The notes under the pieces were generated by a model that ran no database searches, was not told where the DNA came from, and saw nothing but the letters and a program-made list of their open reading frames with translations. From Blastocatellia bacterium (GTDB lineage: Bacteria; Acidobacteriota; Blastocatellia; UBA7656): DNA of 64,000 nucleotides. Location: assembly GCA_035249305.1 (NCBI GenBank), contig DATFGQ010000034.1, positions 9,168-73,167 on the forward strand, in the 5' to 3' direction. Shown here in pieces: positions 25,362 through 35,351 of the stretch. Position 1 is the stretch's first letter, and each line of letters starts with the position of its first letter. The translations under genes were made by a program, and so were the position numbers.

Positions 25362-25493
25362 GTAAACAACACCGCTTTATGTTCCTGCCATAAAGCGGTT
25401 CTGTTTTGGCGGTGCGCTGGGGGAAGGAACATTCAGAAAGGGGGCTACTGAATGTTCAAGGGGGCTTGTCGATTAGACGACCTAGCGCACCGC
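25362..25493 (-). ncRNA. Candidate about 130-nt sRNA with three single-stranded CCCCC motifs
   Basis: It is bounded by a minus-strand promoter (25497-25525) and an intrinsic terminator (25371-25399 plus GUUGUUU). The hand fold gives a closing stem 25484-25493 / 25409-25418, a 10-bp hairpin GAACAUUCAG/CUGAAUGUUC and a small GUCG/CGAC hairpin. There is no ORF with an RBS. Confidence 0.5.
25371..25407. terminator. Bidirectional intrinsic terminator hairpin
   Basis: ACCGCTTTAT - 9-nt loop - ATAAAGCGGT (10-bp stem). The plus-strand tail is TCTGTTTT and the minus-strand tail is GTTGTTT. Confidence 0.6.
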
Positions 25494-25496
25494 AAC

Positions 25497-25525
25497 ATCA
25501 TACGCATTTCACCCTTCCAAGTCAA
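25497..25525 (-). promoter_or_regulatory. Near-consensus sigma70 promoter TTGACT-17-TATGAT (minus strand)
   Basis: On the minus strand TTGACT is at 25525-25520 and TATGAT at 25502-25497, with exactly 17 nt between them. Confidence 0.6.
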
Positions 25526-25786
25526 GAACTTCTTTTATTCGTGCGTTTACCTCCACAAGCGATCTTTTTCAGGCATATCTTTGGGATAATCAACAGTTTG
25601 CGGCCATGATTTAAATATCTGGCCTCAGATTGACAACGCTTTCGGCCGTGTGCTAAAAGCATCTGCGACAAGTGCAAATTGTGTTTAACCGGCAGCATTC
25701 TTTTCTCTTTAAGAAGTCAGTATTGATCCGAGCAGTCTTAGCGCGCGCTATAATTATATTCATGCGCGCCTCGTTTGGGGTTTACA

Positions 25787-26806
25787 ATGGCAGACGAAAG
25801 CAATGATAAAGTAGACAAGCCGACGACCGAGAGCACTGAAGAGTCGAAAGAGAGTCCGAAGACTACCGGGGCCGACGTTCCTGAAAAAGCTCAGCCGCTT
25901 CCGCCCGAAGCCGGCTCCGTCGACCCTGCCGCCGAGATCGCGGCCAAGACCAAGGATACGCTGCCCGCCGGAGAGAAACCGAAGACCGAAGCCAAGGCCG
26001 AAGAGGCGCTGCCGGGCGTAGAGAAGCCGTCAAAGACTCCTGCCGTTGAAGGGGCGAGCGAAAAGGGCGAGCCTGCCACGCCTGAAAAGGTTGCGCCAAC
26101 ACCTCCGAAAGAAGGCGCCGCTTCCGTAAAGCCCGCGCCGCCGCGCGCTCCCGCCGCTGAAAAGGCGGCGGGTGAAAAGCCCGCTCCGCCGAAAGCGGCT
26201 CCGGCGGCCGGTCACAAGCCTGCGCCGCCGGCTAAGAAGGGGCCGATCGTCACCGTAGATATAACCGGCGATGCTCTGATCGATAAGATCAAACAGCGTT
26301 TCGGCGAGGCCGTCACCGAAGCCGTCGCCACGTTCGGCCAGCAGATCATCCGCGTCAAGAAAGAGTCGTTCGTCGAACTGTGCCTCTATTTGAAAGAGGA
26401 CGAGGACACGCTTTTCGATATGTGCAGCGACCTGACGGCGCTGCACTGGCCGGAGCGCTCGGGTCAGGAGTTCGATGTCGTAGTGATGCTCTACTCCGTG
26501 CCGAAGAATCGCCGCCTGCGCATCAAGGTCGCCATAGCCGACGGCGAGACCTGCCCGTCTGTTACGCACATCTGGGAAGGCGCGAATTGGATGGAGCGCG
26601 AGGCGTATGATATGTTTGGGATTCGGTTCGAAGGCCACCCCGACCTCAGGCGAATACTGCTTCCGCCCGACTGGCCGGGATACCCCTTGCGCAAAGAGTA
26701 CCCTATCGAGTATCGCGATAACGAGTGGACCGACAAGCATCTTCAGTATCGCGAAGTCGATTACGACACCAGCTTGATCGACGTGAAGTACGCGGAGAGA
26801 AGGTAG
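25787..26806 (+). CDS. nuoC: NADH-quinone oxidoreductase subunit C with an N-terminal low-complexity extension of about 150 aa
   Basis: Track ORF from 25775 (TTG); the ATG at 25787 gives MADESND. Residues 1 to about 152 are Pro/Ala/Lys/Glu-rich. The C-terminal half has NuoC motifs ([47 protein letters not shown]). Confidence 0.85.
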   Translation: MADESNDKVDKPTTESTEESKESPKTTGADVPEKAQPLPPEAGSVDPAAEIAAKTKDTLPAGEKPKTEAKAEEALPGVEKPSKTPAVEGASEKGEPATPEKVAPTPPKEGAASVKPAPPRAPAAEKAAGEKPAPPKAAPAAGHKPAPPAKKGPIVTVDITGDALIDKIKQRFGEAVTEAVATFGQQIIRVKKESFVELCLYLKEDEDTLFDMCSDLTALHWPERSGQEFDVVVMLYSVPKNRRLRIKVAIADGETCPSVTHIWEGANWMEREAYDMFGIRFEGHPDLRRILLPPDWPGYPLRKEYPIEYRDNEWTDKHLQYREVDYDTSLIDVKYAERR

Positions 26807-26808
26807 CG

Positions 26809-27942
26809 ATGCAAGACCAAGAAGTGCTGAAACCGCAAGAGACGCTCTTCGACACCGAGGAGATGGTGCTCAACATGGGGCCGCAGCACCCTTCGACCCA
26901 TGGGGTGTTGCGCGTCCTGTTGAAGCTCGACGGCGAAACGGTCGTGGACCTCGATTGCGACATTGGCTACCTGCACCGCGGCGTCGAGAAGATCGCCGAA
27001 CACGACACCTACGCGATGATAACGCCTTACTGGGACCGCCTCGATTACGTGGCCGCGGTGTCGGGCGATCTTTGTTACGTCGAAGGCGTCGAGAAGCTGT
27101 TGCAGGTCGAGGTCCCGCGCCGCGCCGAATACCTGCGCGTGATTCTCACAGAGCTTCAGCGCATCGCCTCGCACCTGTTGTGGCTGGGCACGCACGCCAT
27201 AGACATAGGCGCGGTGACGGTCCTGCTCTACTGCTTCCGCGAGCGCGAAGAGATACTGAAGATATTCGAGGATTTCATAGGCGCGCGATTGACCGCGCAT
27301 GCTTTTCGCATAGGCGGGCTTTGGTGGGACGTCTACCCCGAGTTCGAAAAGCGCGTGCGCGATTTCCTGAAGATATTCCCCGGCCGCGTAGACGAGTACG
27401 AGACGCTGCTCAACACGAACCGAATCTGGTTGAGCCGCACCGTAGGCATTGGGATTCTCCCCGCCGAAGAGGCTATCAACCTGAGCCTCACGGGGCCGGT
27501 CCTCAGAGGGTCGGGAGTCAATTATGACCTTCGTAAAGCCCAGCCTTATTCGGCTTACTCCGAATTCGATTTCGAGGTCCCGCTGGGCGAAAACGGCGAC
27601 ACGTATGACCGCTACCTGATAAGGATGGCCGAGATGCGGCAGTCGGCTTCAATCGTAGAGCAGGCGCTCGACGGCCTGCCCGAAGGCCCGGTGATGGCGA
27701 AGGTGCCGAAGGTGATCAAGCCTCCGGTCGGCGAAGTCTATCACGCGATCGAAGCGCCCAAGGGAGAGCTCGGCGTATACCTGGTGAGCGACGGCACGGG
27801 CAAGCCTTACCGCATGCGCATTCGCCCGCCGGCCTACATCAATTTGCAGTCGCTAAAACGAATGTCGATAGGCCATCTCGTGGCCGACGTGGTGGCGCTG
27901 ATCGGCACGATCGATATAGTGCTGGGCGAAGTCGATAGGTGA
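26809..27942 (+). CDS. nuoD: NADH-quinone oxidoreductase subunit D
   Basis: The ATG at 26809 is 2 nt after the nuoC stop. The motifs [35 protein letters not shown] and [12 protein letters not shown] are present. Confidence 0.9.
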   Translation: MQDQEVLKPQETLFDTEEMVLNMGPQHPSTHGVLRVLLKLDGETVVDLDCDIGYLHRGVEKIAEHDTYAMITPYWDRLDYVAAVSGDLCYVEGVEKLLQVEVPRRAEYLRVILTELQRIASHLLWLGTHAIDIGAVTVLLYCFREREEILKIFEDFIGARLTAHAFRIGGLWWDVYPEFEKRVRDFLKIFPGRVDEYETLLNTNRIWLSRTVGIGILPAEEAINLSLTGPVLRGSGVNYDLRKAQPYSAYSEFDFEVPLGENGDTYDRYLIRMAEMRQSASIVEQALDGLPEGPVMAKVPKVIKPPVGEVYHAIEAPKGELGVYLVSDGTGKPYRMRIRPPAYINLQSLKRMSIGHLVADVVALIGTIDIVLGEVDR

Positions 27943-27948
27943 CACTTC

Positions 27949-28021
27949 AGTGCTGAGTGCTGAGTCCTGAGTCCTGAGTTAAAGAAAAGGACTCAGGACT
28001 CAGCACTCAGCACTCAGGACT
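27949..28021. repeat. Family A heptamer hairpin (A2) between nuoD and nuoH
   Basis: Left arm AGTGCTG AGTGCTG AGTCCTG AGTCCTG AGT; right arm ACT CAGGACT CAGCACT CAGCACT CAGGACT. It ends 6 nt before the nuoH ATG. Confidence 0.85.
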
Positions 28022-28027
28022 TAAATT

Positions 28028-29356
28028 ATGCCGGCCTTCTTAATAAAGCTAATGTTCGTAGCGCCCGATTGGGTCTCGAAATACCTGACGGGCGAGCGGC
28101 GCGGGAACGCCTTCTGGGCCGAATACGTCGTGTGGCCTTTGATACAGATCCTCGTGGTGCTGTTCATAGTCCTCACGATAGTCGCTTACCTCGTCTACGT
28201 CGAACGCAAGGTGTCGGCCTTCATGCAGGCGCGGCTCGGCCCCATGCGCGTCGGCCCGTGGGGGTTGCTCCAGCCCGCGGCCGACGGCCTCAAGCTTCTG
28301 CTCAAAGAAGACATCATCCCGATCAAGGCCGATAAGCTCGTCTTCGCCATAGCCCCGATCATCTCGGTGATAGCCGCGCTCGTCGTGCTCGCCGTGATCC
28401 CGTGGGGCGCGGCGTGGGCGACGATTGCCAACATTAATATAGGGCTGCTCTTCATACTCGCCGTCTCTTCGGTTAGCGTGCTGGGGCTCGTGCTTGCGGG
28501 CTGGTCGTCGAATTCGAAGTACTCGCTTCTGGGCGCGCTGCGGTCGTCGGCCCAGATGGTGAGCTACGAAGTCGCGATGGGCCTTTCGATCATCGGCGCG
28601 CTTATGTTCGCCAGGACGCTTTCGATGTCCGGCATAATCGAGGCGCAGCGCGCCGACGGGATCTGGTACGTCTTTTTCCAGCCGCTCGGCTTTATGATCT
28701 ACCTGGTGAGCGCGCTCGGCGAGACGAACCGCGCGCCGTTCGACCTGCCCGAAGCGGAATCCGAATTGGTCGCCGGTTACCACACGGAGTATTCGGGGTT
28801 CCGCTGGGCGCTCTTCTTTATGGCCGAGTATTCGGCGATGATAATAACGGCGGCCGTCGCGGTGACGTTGTTCTTAGGCGGCTGGTCGTTTCCGGGCCTC
28901 GACCTCATAACGACCGAGTGGCTCCGCGTCGTCTTGAGCGTGCTGATATTCGCGGCCAAGGTCTTCATATTGATCTACGCCTACATGTGGTTCCGCTGGA
29001 CGTGGCCGCGCTACCGCTACGACCAGTTGATGGAGCTGGGCTGGAAGTGGATGATACCGGCGGGGCTCGCCAACATAGTGCTGACGGGCGTCTGGTACGT
29101 GCTCGCGTTGCCGAAGTCGAGAGGCGGGCTCTTCGATTTCATGCGGCAGGAAGGCGGGAGGCTCGTGCCGACGGGCGCGGGCAAGATATACTTCATAGTA
29201 ACAGGATTCGCAATCACGATACCGTTAGTCTGGGTTGTGCTGGCGACGATCAATCGGCGGTCGCGCGACTTTAACCTGCACGAGCAGCGCCAGCTTCAGA
29301 TACGCTTGCGCAGCGAGCGGATGCAAAAGGCCACCGAAGCCCAGACGGCGGAATAA
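28028..29356 (+). CDS. nuoH: NADH-quinone oxidoreductase subunit H (extended at both termini)
   Basis: 442 aa. The motifs ERKVSAFMQARLGP, ETNRAPFDLPEAESELVAGYHTEYSG and RYDQLMELGWKWMIP are present. An extra C-terminal TM helix and a charged tail follow. Confidence 0.9.
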   Translation: MPAFLIKLMFVAPDWVSKYLTGERRGNAFWAEYVVWPLIQILVVLFIVLTIVAYLVYVERKVSAFMQARLGPMRVGPWGLLQPAADGLKLLLKEDIIPIKADKLVFAIAPIISVIAALVVLAVIPWGAAWATIANINIGLLFILAVSSVSVLGLVLAGWSSNSKYSLLGALRSSAQMVSYEVAMGLSIIGALMFARTLSMSGIIEAQRADGIWYVFFQPLGFMIYLVSALGETNRAPFDLPEAESELVAGYHTEYSGFRWALFFMAEYSAMIITAAVAVTLFLGGWSFPGLDLITTEWLRVVLSVLIFAAKVFILIYAYMWFRWTWPRYRYDQLMELGWKWMIPAGLANIVLTGVWYVLALPKSRGGLFDFMRQEGGRLVPTGAGKIYFIVTGFAITIPLVWVVLATINRRSRDFNLHEQRQLQIRLRSERMQKATEAQTAE

Positions 29357-29370
29357 GTATCAGAGGGTTT

Positions 29371-29916
29371 ATGGCAGCAACAACACAAGGCAGTAATAAG
29401 CGGACCCTTGGCCAGATAATAAGGCGGCTCTTTTTGCTCGACCTCATTAAAGGCCTCGGGCTCACGTTCAAGTACAACGCGCGCGCGCTGTACGAACCGC
29501 GCGACGGCGGAAACCCCAATCAGGCGATATACACGGAGCAGTACCCGAAGGAGCGGCCTCGGGTCTCTGAAAGGTTTCGCGGAGCGCCGCGGCTGAACCT
29601 CGACCCGGAGACGGGCGGGACGCTTTGCATAGCGTGCGACCTTTGCGCGCTCGCCTGCCCCGTCGATTGTATAGAGGTGGGCTCGATACGCCGCGAGGTG
29701 CGCGACGGAGACAAGGTTAATAAAAAGAAGGTGCTCACGACGTTCATCTTCGACACGTCGCGCTGCATGTTCTGTAACCTTTGCTCAGAGGCATGCCCCA
29801 CGGATTGCCTGGAGCTAACGCAGAGCTTCGAGCTTGCGGTCTATCACCGCTCGGGCTTCCGCTGGGACCGCGAGATGCTTGAGAAGGGCATCAATTACGT
29901 TCGATACACAAAGTAG
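29371..29916 (+). CDS. nuoI: NADH-quinone oxidoreductase subunit I (2x[4Fe-4S])
   Basis: 181 aa. The two ferredoxin motifs are CIACDLCALACP and CMFCNLCSEACP. Confidence 0.9.
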   Translation: MAATTQGSNKRTLGQIIRRLFLLDLIKGLGLTFKYNARALYEPRDGGNPNQAIYTEQYPKERPRVSERFRGAPRLNLDPETGGTLCIACDLCALACPVDCIEVGSIRREVRDGDKVNKKKVLTTFIFDTSRCMFCNLCSEACPTDCLELTQSFELAVYHRSGFRWDREMLEKGINYVRYTK

Positions 29917-29931
29917 CAGACGGACAAAACC

Positions 29932-30528
29932 ATGCAACTACAGGGCTGGGAAGCGGTGCTGTTTTATGTGCTGGCGATAGGGACGCTCTTTATGGGCGTC
30001 TACGTGGTGACGGCGCGCATAGCCGTGCACTCGGCGCTCTGCCTGATCTCGACGCTCGTAAACGTGGCGCTGCTGTTCATACTGCTGCGCGCGGAGTTCG
30101 TGGCGGGCGTGCAGATTCTGGTCTACGTCGGGGGCGTGATGGTCCTGTTCCTGTTCGTCATCATGCTGGTCCAGACGCGCGCCGAGGAAGAAGAGCGGGT
30201 GAAGCTTTACACGGGGCAGATGTACCCGGCGTTTTTCATCGCGCTGTTGTTCGCCGCGGCATTCTTCTTCGCGATGAACCCAGCGCAGGCGGCGTTCCGG
30301 CCCCCGGAAAACGCCCCGAGAACCGAAAGCGCTGCTCCGGTCGTTGAAAGCGAAGTGAGCAAGGCAGGCGCCGGCCCGCTGATATCTAAAGACACTCAGA
30401 CCGTAGGCGAGGCGCTCTACACGAAGGCGGCGCTTCCGTTCGAAATCGCATCGCTGTTATTGCTCGTTGCCATAGTCGGCGCGGTGTTGCTGGCGCGCGG
30501 GGCAAAGCAAGAAAAATATTACGAATGA
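29932..30528 (+). CDS. nuoJ: NADH-quinone oxidoreductase subunit J
   Basis: 198 aa. The hydrophobic core contains VYVGGVMVLFLFVIML. A hydrophilic insertion lies before the last helix. Confidence 0.8.
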   Translation: MQLQGWEAVLFYVLAIGTLFMGVYVVTARIAVHSALCLISTLVNVALLFILLRAEFVAGVQILVYVGGVMVLFLFVIMLVQTRAEEEERVKLYTGQMYPAFFIALLFAAAFFFAMNPAQAAFRPPENAPRTESAAPVVESEVSKAGAGPLISKDTQTVGEALYTKAALPFEIASLLLLVAIVGAVLLARGAKQEKYYE

Positions 30529-30611
30529 ATCTTAATCTCAAATCTCAAATTTGCATGGCGGATGATGCGCTTACGCGCACCGCGATTTGAAATCCTGCTG
30601 GGGAGGTCGGT

Positions 30612-31064
30612 GTGGCGGAGCGCCGCAATCTTACCAACATTGTGATATGGGTCGTCGTGCTCGGAGCCCTGGGCTATGGCGGCTACGTGATGTTGAACCG
30701 CGTCGGCGTACAGCGGTTCGAGCCGACGCTGGTCCACTTTCTGATGCTGAGCTTCCTGCTGTTCGTCGTGGGCGTGGCGGGCGTGCTGAGCCGTCGCAAC
30801 ATCATCATCATCTTCATGTCGATCGAGCTGATCTTGAACGCGGTCAACATCAACCTGGTCGCCTTCTCGCGCTACCTTCAGCTCAACCAGCCGGCGCTCG
30901 CCTCGCGCGGACTGGAAGTCGACCCGCTGGCCGGGCCCGTCTTCACCATCTTCATCATCGTGGTGGCCGCGGCCGAAGCTGCCGTCGGGCTCGGGATAGT
31001 TATATCGCTGTTTCGCAACCGCGAGACCATAGCAATCGACGAGATCGATTTGCTCAAGTGGTGA
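30612..31064 (+). CDS. nuoK: NADH-quinone oxidoreductase subunit K with an N-terminal extra helix and an internal insertion
   Basis: The GTG start is preceded by GGGAGG at a 5-nt spacing. The core is [23 protein letters not shown] ... [16 protein letters not shown]. It is 150 aa, against roughly 100 aa in model organisms. Confidence 0.8.
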   Translation: MAERRNLTNIVIWVVVLGALGYGGYVMLNRVGVQRFEPTLVHFLMLSFLLFVVGVAGVLSRRNIIIIFMSIELILNAVNINLVAFSRYLQLNQPALASRGLEVDPLAGPVFTIFIIVVAAAEAAVGLGIVISLFRNRETIAIDEIDLLKW

Positions 31065-31068
31065 ATTA

Positions 31069-31141
31069 AAGTCCTGAGTCCTGAGTGCTGAGTCCTGAGT
31101 CAACGGCTCTCACTCAGCACTCAGGACTCAGCACTCAGGAC
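31069..31141. repeat. Family A heptamer hairpin (A3) between nuoK and nuoL
   Basis: Left arm AGTCCTG AGTCCTG AGTGCTG AGTCCTG AGT; right arm ACT CAGCACT CAGGACT CAGCACT CAGGACT. It ends 8 nt before the nuoL ATG. Confidence 0.85.
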
Positions 31142-31149
31142 TTGGAATT

Positions 31150-33453
<2,304 letters not shown>

Positions 33454-33459
33454 AGGAGA

Positions 33460-35265
33460 TTGACCATGGGTGGTCACATCGAGTTTTTCGGCATCGGGAT
33501 ACTTTCGTGGGTGACATGGCTTCCGGCCCTCGGAGCCATCTTTCTGCTATTCTTCAGCCGCACGAAGAACGACCAGATCCGCTGGTTCGCCAACCTCTGG
33601 ATCGTGTTCTGTTTTTTGATCTCGGTGCCTTTAATTACCGGCCTCGGAAGCGGCAAGCCCGGCTATGACCGAGCGCTCAGCGGGCTACAGTTCATCGAAG
33701 ACCACGAGTGGATACCGCTCATAGGCGCGCGCTACCAGCTCGGCGTAGACGGGCTATCGCTCGTGCTCGTTATTCTTACGACGCTGCTCGGCGTAGTCTC
33801 GGTCATCTGCTCCTGGTCTTACATAAGGGAGAAGGGGCGCGAGAAAGAGTACTACATCATGCTGATGCTGTTGCAGTCGGGCATGATAGGCGCGTTCGTC
33901 GCGGCGGACCTCTTTCTGTTCTTCGTCTTCTGGGAAGTGATGCTCGTGCCTATGTATTTTCTGATAGGCATCTGGGGCGGCAAGAACCGGCTCTACTCGG
34001 CCATCAAATTCTTCCTCTACACGCTGGTCGGCTCGGTCGTCATGCTGCTGGCCGTGCTCAAGCTCTTCTTCATCTTCCCCGACGTGGTCCAGGCCCAGCG
34101 GCCGGCGGTCGAGACCCGCGCTCGCGCGCTCGCGACCAGCCCCGTCACAGGGCAGGTCAACGGGCCTATGCTCAACCTGATGGAAGACGCGATAAAGCGC
34201 ACCGACCCCGCACAGATCCCCGCCGGCTACGTCAACAGCTCGTTCAACATCGCGGGGCTTACGGCCGCCGGCCCTTCGATAGGCTCGGTGATGGGGCTCG
34301 GCGTGGTCATCTGGCTCTTCATAGGGTTCGCGCTCTCGTTCGCCATCAAAGTGCCTATGTTCCCGTTCCACACGTGGCTGCCCGACGCGCACTACGACGC
34401 GCCGACGGCGGGCAGCGTGATACTTGCGGGCGTGCTGCTGAAGATGGGCACGTATGGCTTTATGAGGTTCTCGCTGCCGATCTTTCCCGAAGCGGCCAAC
34501 CACCCGACGGTCAGGCGGTGGATGATAATACTGGCGATAGTCGGGATAATTTACGGCGCGCTGGTCGCGATGGCGCAAAAGGACGTGAAGAAGCTGATAG
34601 CTTACTCTTCGGTCTCGCACCTGGGGTTTGTGATGCTCGGGCTCTTCTCGCTCAATCCGAATGGGATCAACGGCGCGGTGTTGCAGATGATAAACCACGG
34701 CATCTCGACGGGCGCGCTCTTCATGCTGGCAGGCATACTCTACGAGCGGCGGCACACTTACGAGATAGCCGAGTTCGGCGGGCTCGCCCACGTGACGCCG
34801 ACTTTCTCCACCGTCTTCTTGATCGTCACGCTGTCGTCACTCGGGCTCCCGCTGATGAACAACTTCATAGGCGAGTTCTTGACGCTCAGAGGCGCGTTCG
34901 AGGCCAACTGGGTCTGGGCGGCCTTTGCGACGACGGGCATCATCCTCGGCGCGGCCTACATGCTGTGGCTGTACCAGCGCGTCTTCTTCGGCCAGTTGAA
35001 CCGGGCCAACGAGAACCTGCCCGACTTGAACAAGCGCGAGCTGTGGCAGTTCGCGCCGCTGATCTTTTTGATCTTCTGGATAGGCATCTACCCGAAGCCG
35101 CTGTTGTCTTACATCGAGCCGCAGACAAACACAGTGGTCGCGCAGGTGAACCCTGGTTACTTCAAGCCCGCGGCGGCCGAGCCCTCGGCCGAAGAGCGGC
35201 TGTCGGGCCAGGCAGACACTACCGAAACGGCCCCGGCGGCTTCCGGCGCAGGGCAAACGAGATAA
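33460..35265 (+). CDS. nuoM: NADH-quinone oxidoreductase subunit M (601 aa)
   Basis: The motifs FWEVMLVPMYFLIGIWGG, KVPMFPFHTWLPDAHYDAPTAGSVILAGVLLKMGTYG and YSSVSHLGF are present. It also has an internal insertion of about 70 aa and an acidic/Ala-rich tail. Confidence 0.9.
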   Translation: MTMGGHIEFFGIGILSWVTWLPALGAIFLLFFSRTKNDQIRWFANLWIVFCFLISVPLITGLGSGKPGYDRALSGLQFIEDHEWIPLIGARYQLGVDGLSLVLVILTTLLGVVSVICSWSYIREKGREKEYYIMLMLLQSGMIGAFVAADLFLFFVFWEVMLVPMYFLIGIWGGKNRLYSAIKFFLYTLVGSVVMLLAVLKLFFIFPDVVQAQRPAVETRARALATSPVTGQVNGPMLNLMEDAIKRTDPAQIPAGYVNSSFNIAGLTAAGPSIGSVMGLGVVIWLFIGFALSFAIKVPMFPFHTWLPDAHYDAPTAGSVILAGVLLKMGTYGFMRFSLPIFPEAANHPTVRRWMIILAIVGIIYGALVAMAQKDVKKLIAYSSVSHLGFVMLGLFSLNPNGINGAVLQMINHGISTGALFMLAGILYERRHTYEIAEFGGLAHVTPTFSTVFLIVTLSSLGLPLMNNFIGEFLTLRGAFEANWVWAAFATTGIILGAAYMLWLYQRVFFGQLNRANENLPDLNKRELWQFAPLIFLIFWIGIYPKPLLSYIEPQTNTVVAQVNPGYFKPAAAEPSAEERLSGQADTTETAPAASGAGQTR

Positions 35266-35268
35266 TAA

Positions 35269-35347
35269 AGTCCTGAGTGCTGAGTCCTGAGTCCTGAGTT
35301 AAATCAGGTGCTCAGGACTCAGCACTCAGCACTCAGCACTCAGGACT
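35269..35347. repeat. Family A heptamer hairpin (A4) between nuoM and nuoN
   Basis: Left arm AGTCCTG AGTGCTG AGTCCTG AGTCCTG AGT; right arm CT CAGGACT CAGCACT CAGCACT CAGCACT CAGGACT. It ends 4 nt before the nuoN ATG. Confidence 0.85.
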
Positions 35348-35351
35348 AGAT

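Noticed and set aside
33708-35276. Long alternative-frame and antisense ORFs within nuo and other GC-rich genes. Examples: 33708..35276 (+), 33754..34791 (-), 35445..36386 (-), 28049..28783 (-), 8417..9406 (-), 9455..10438 (-), 59295..60620 (-), 1288..2151 (-).
   Set aside because: Their translations are Arg/Gly/Pro/His-rich with no motifs. They fully overlap genes with clear family signatures. This is a typical high-GC artefact.
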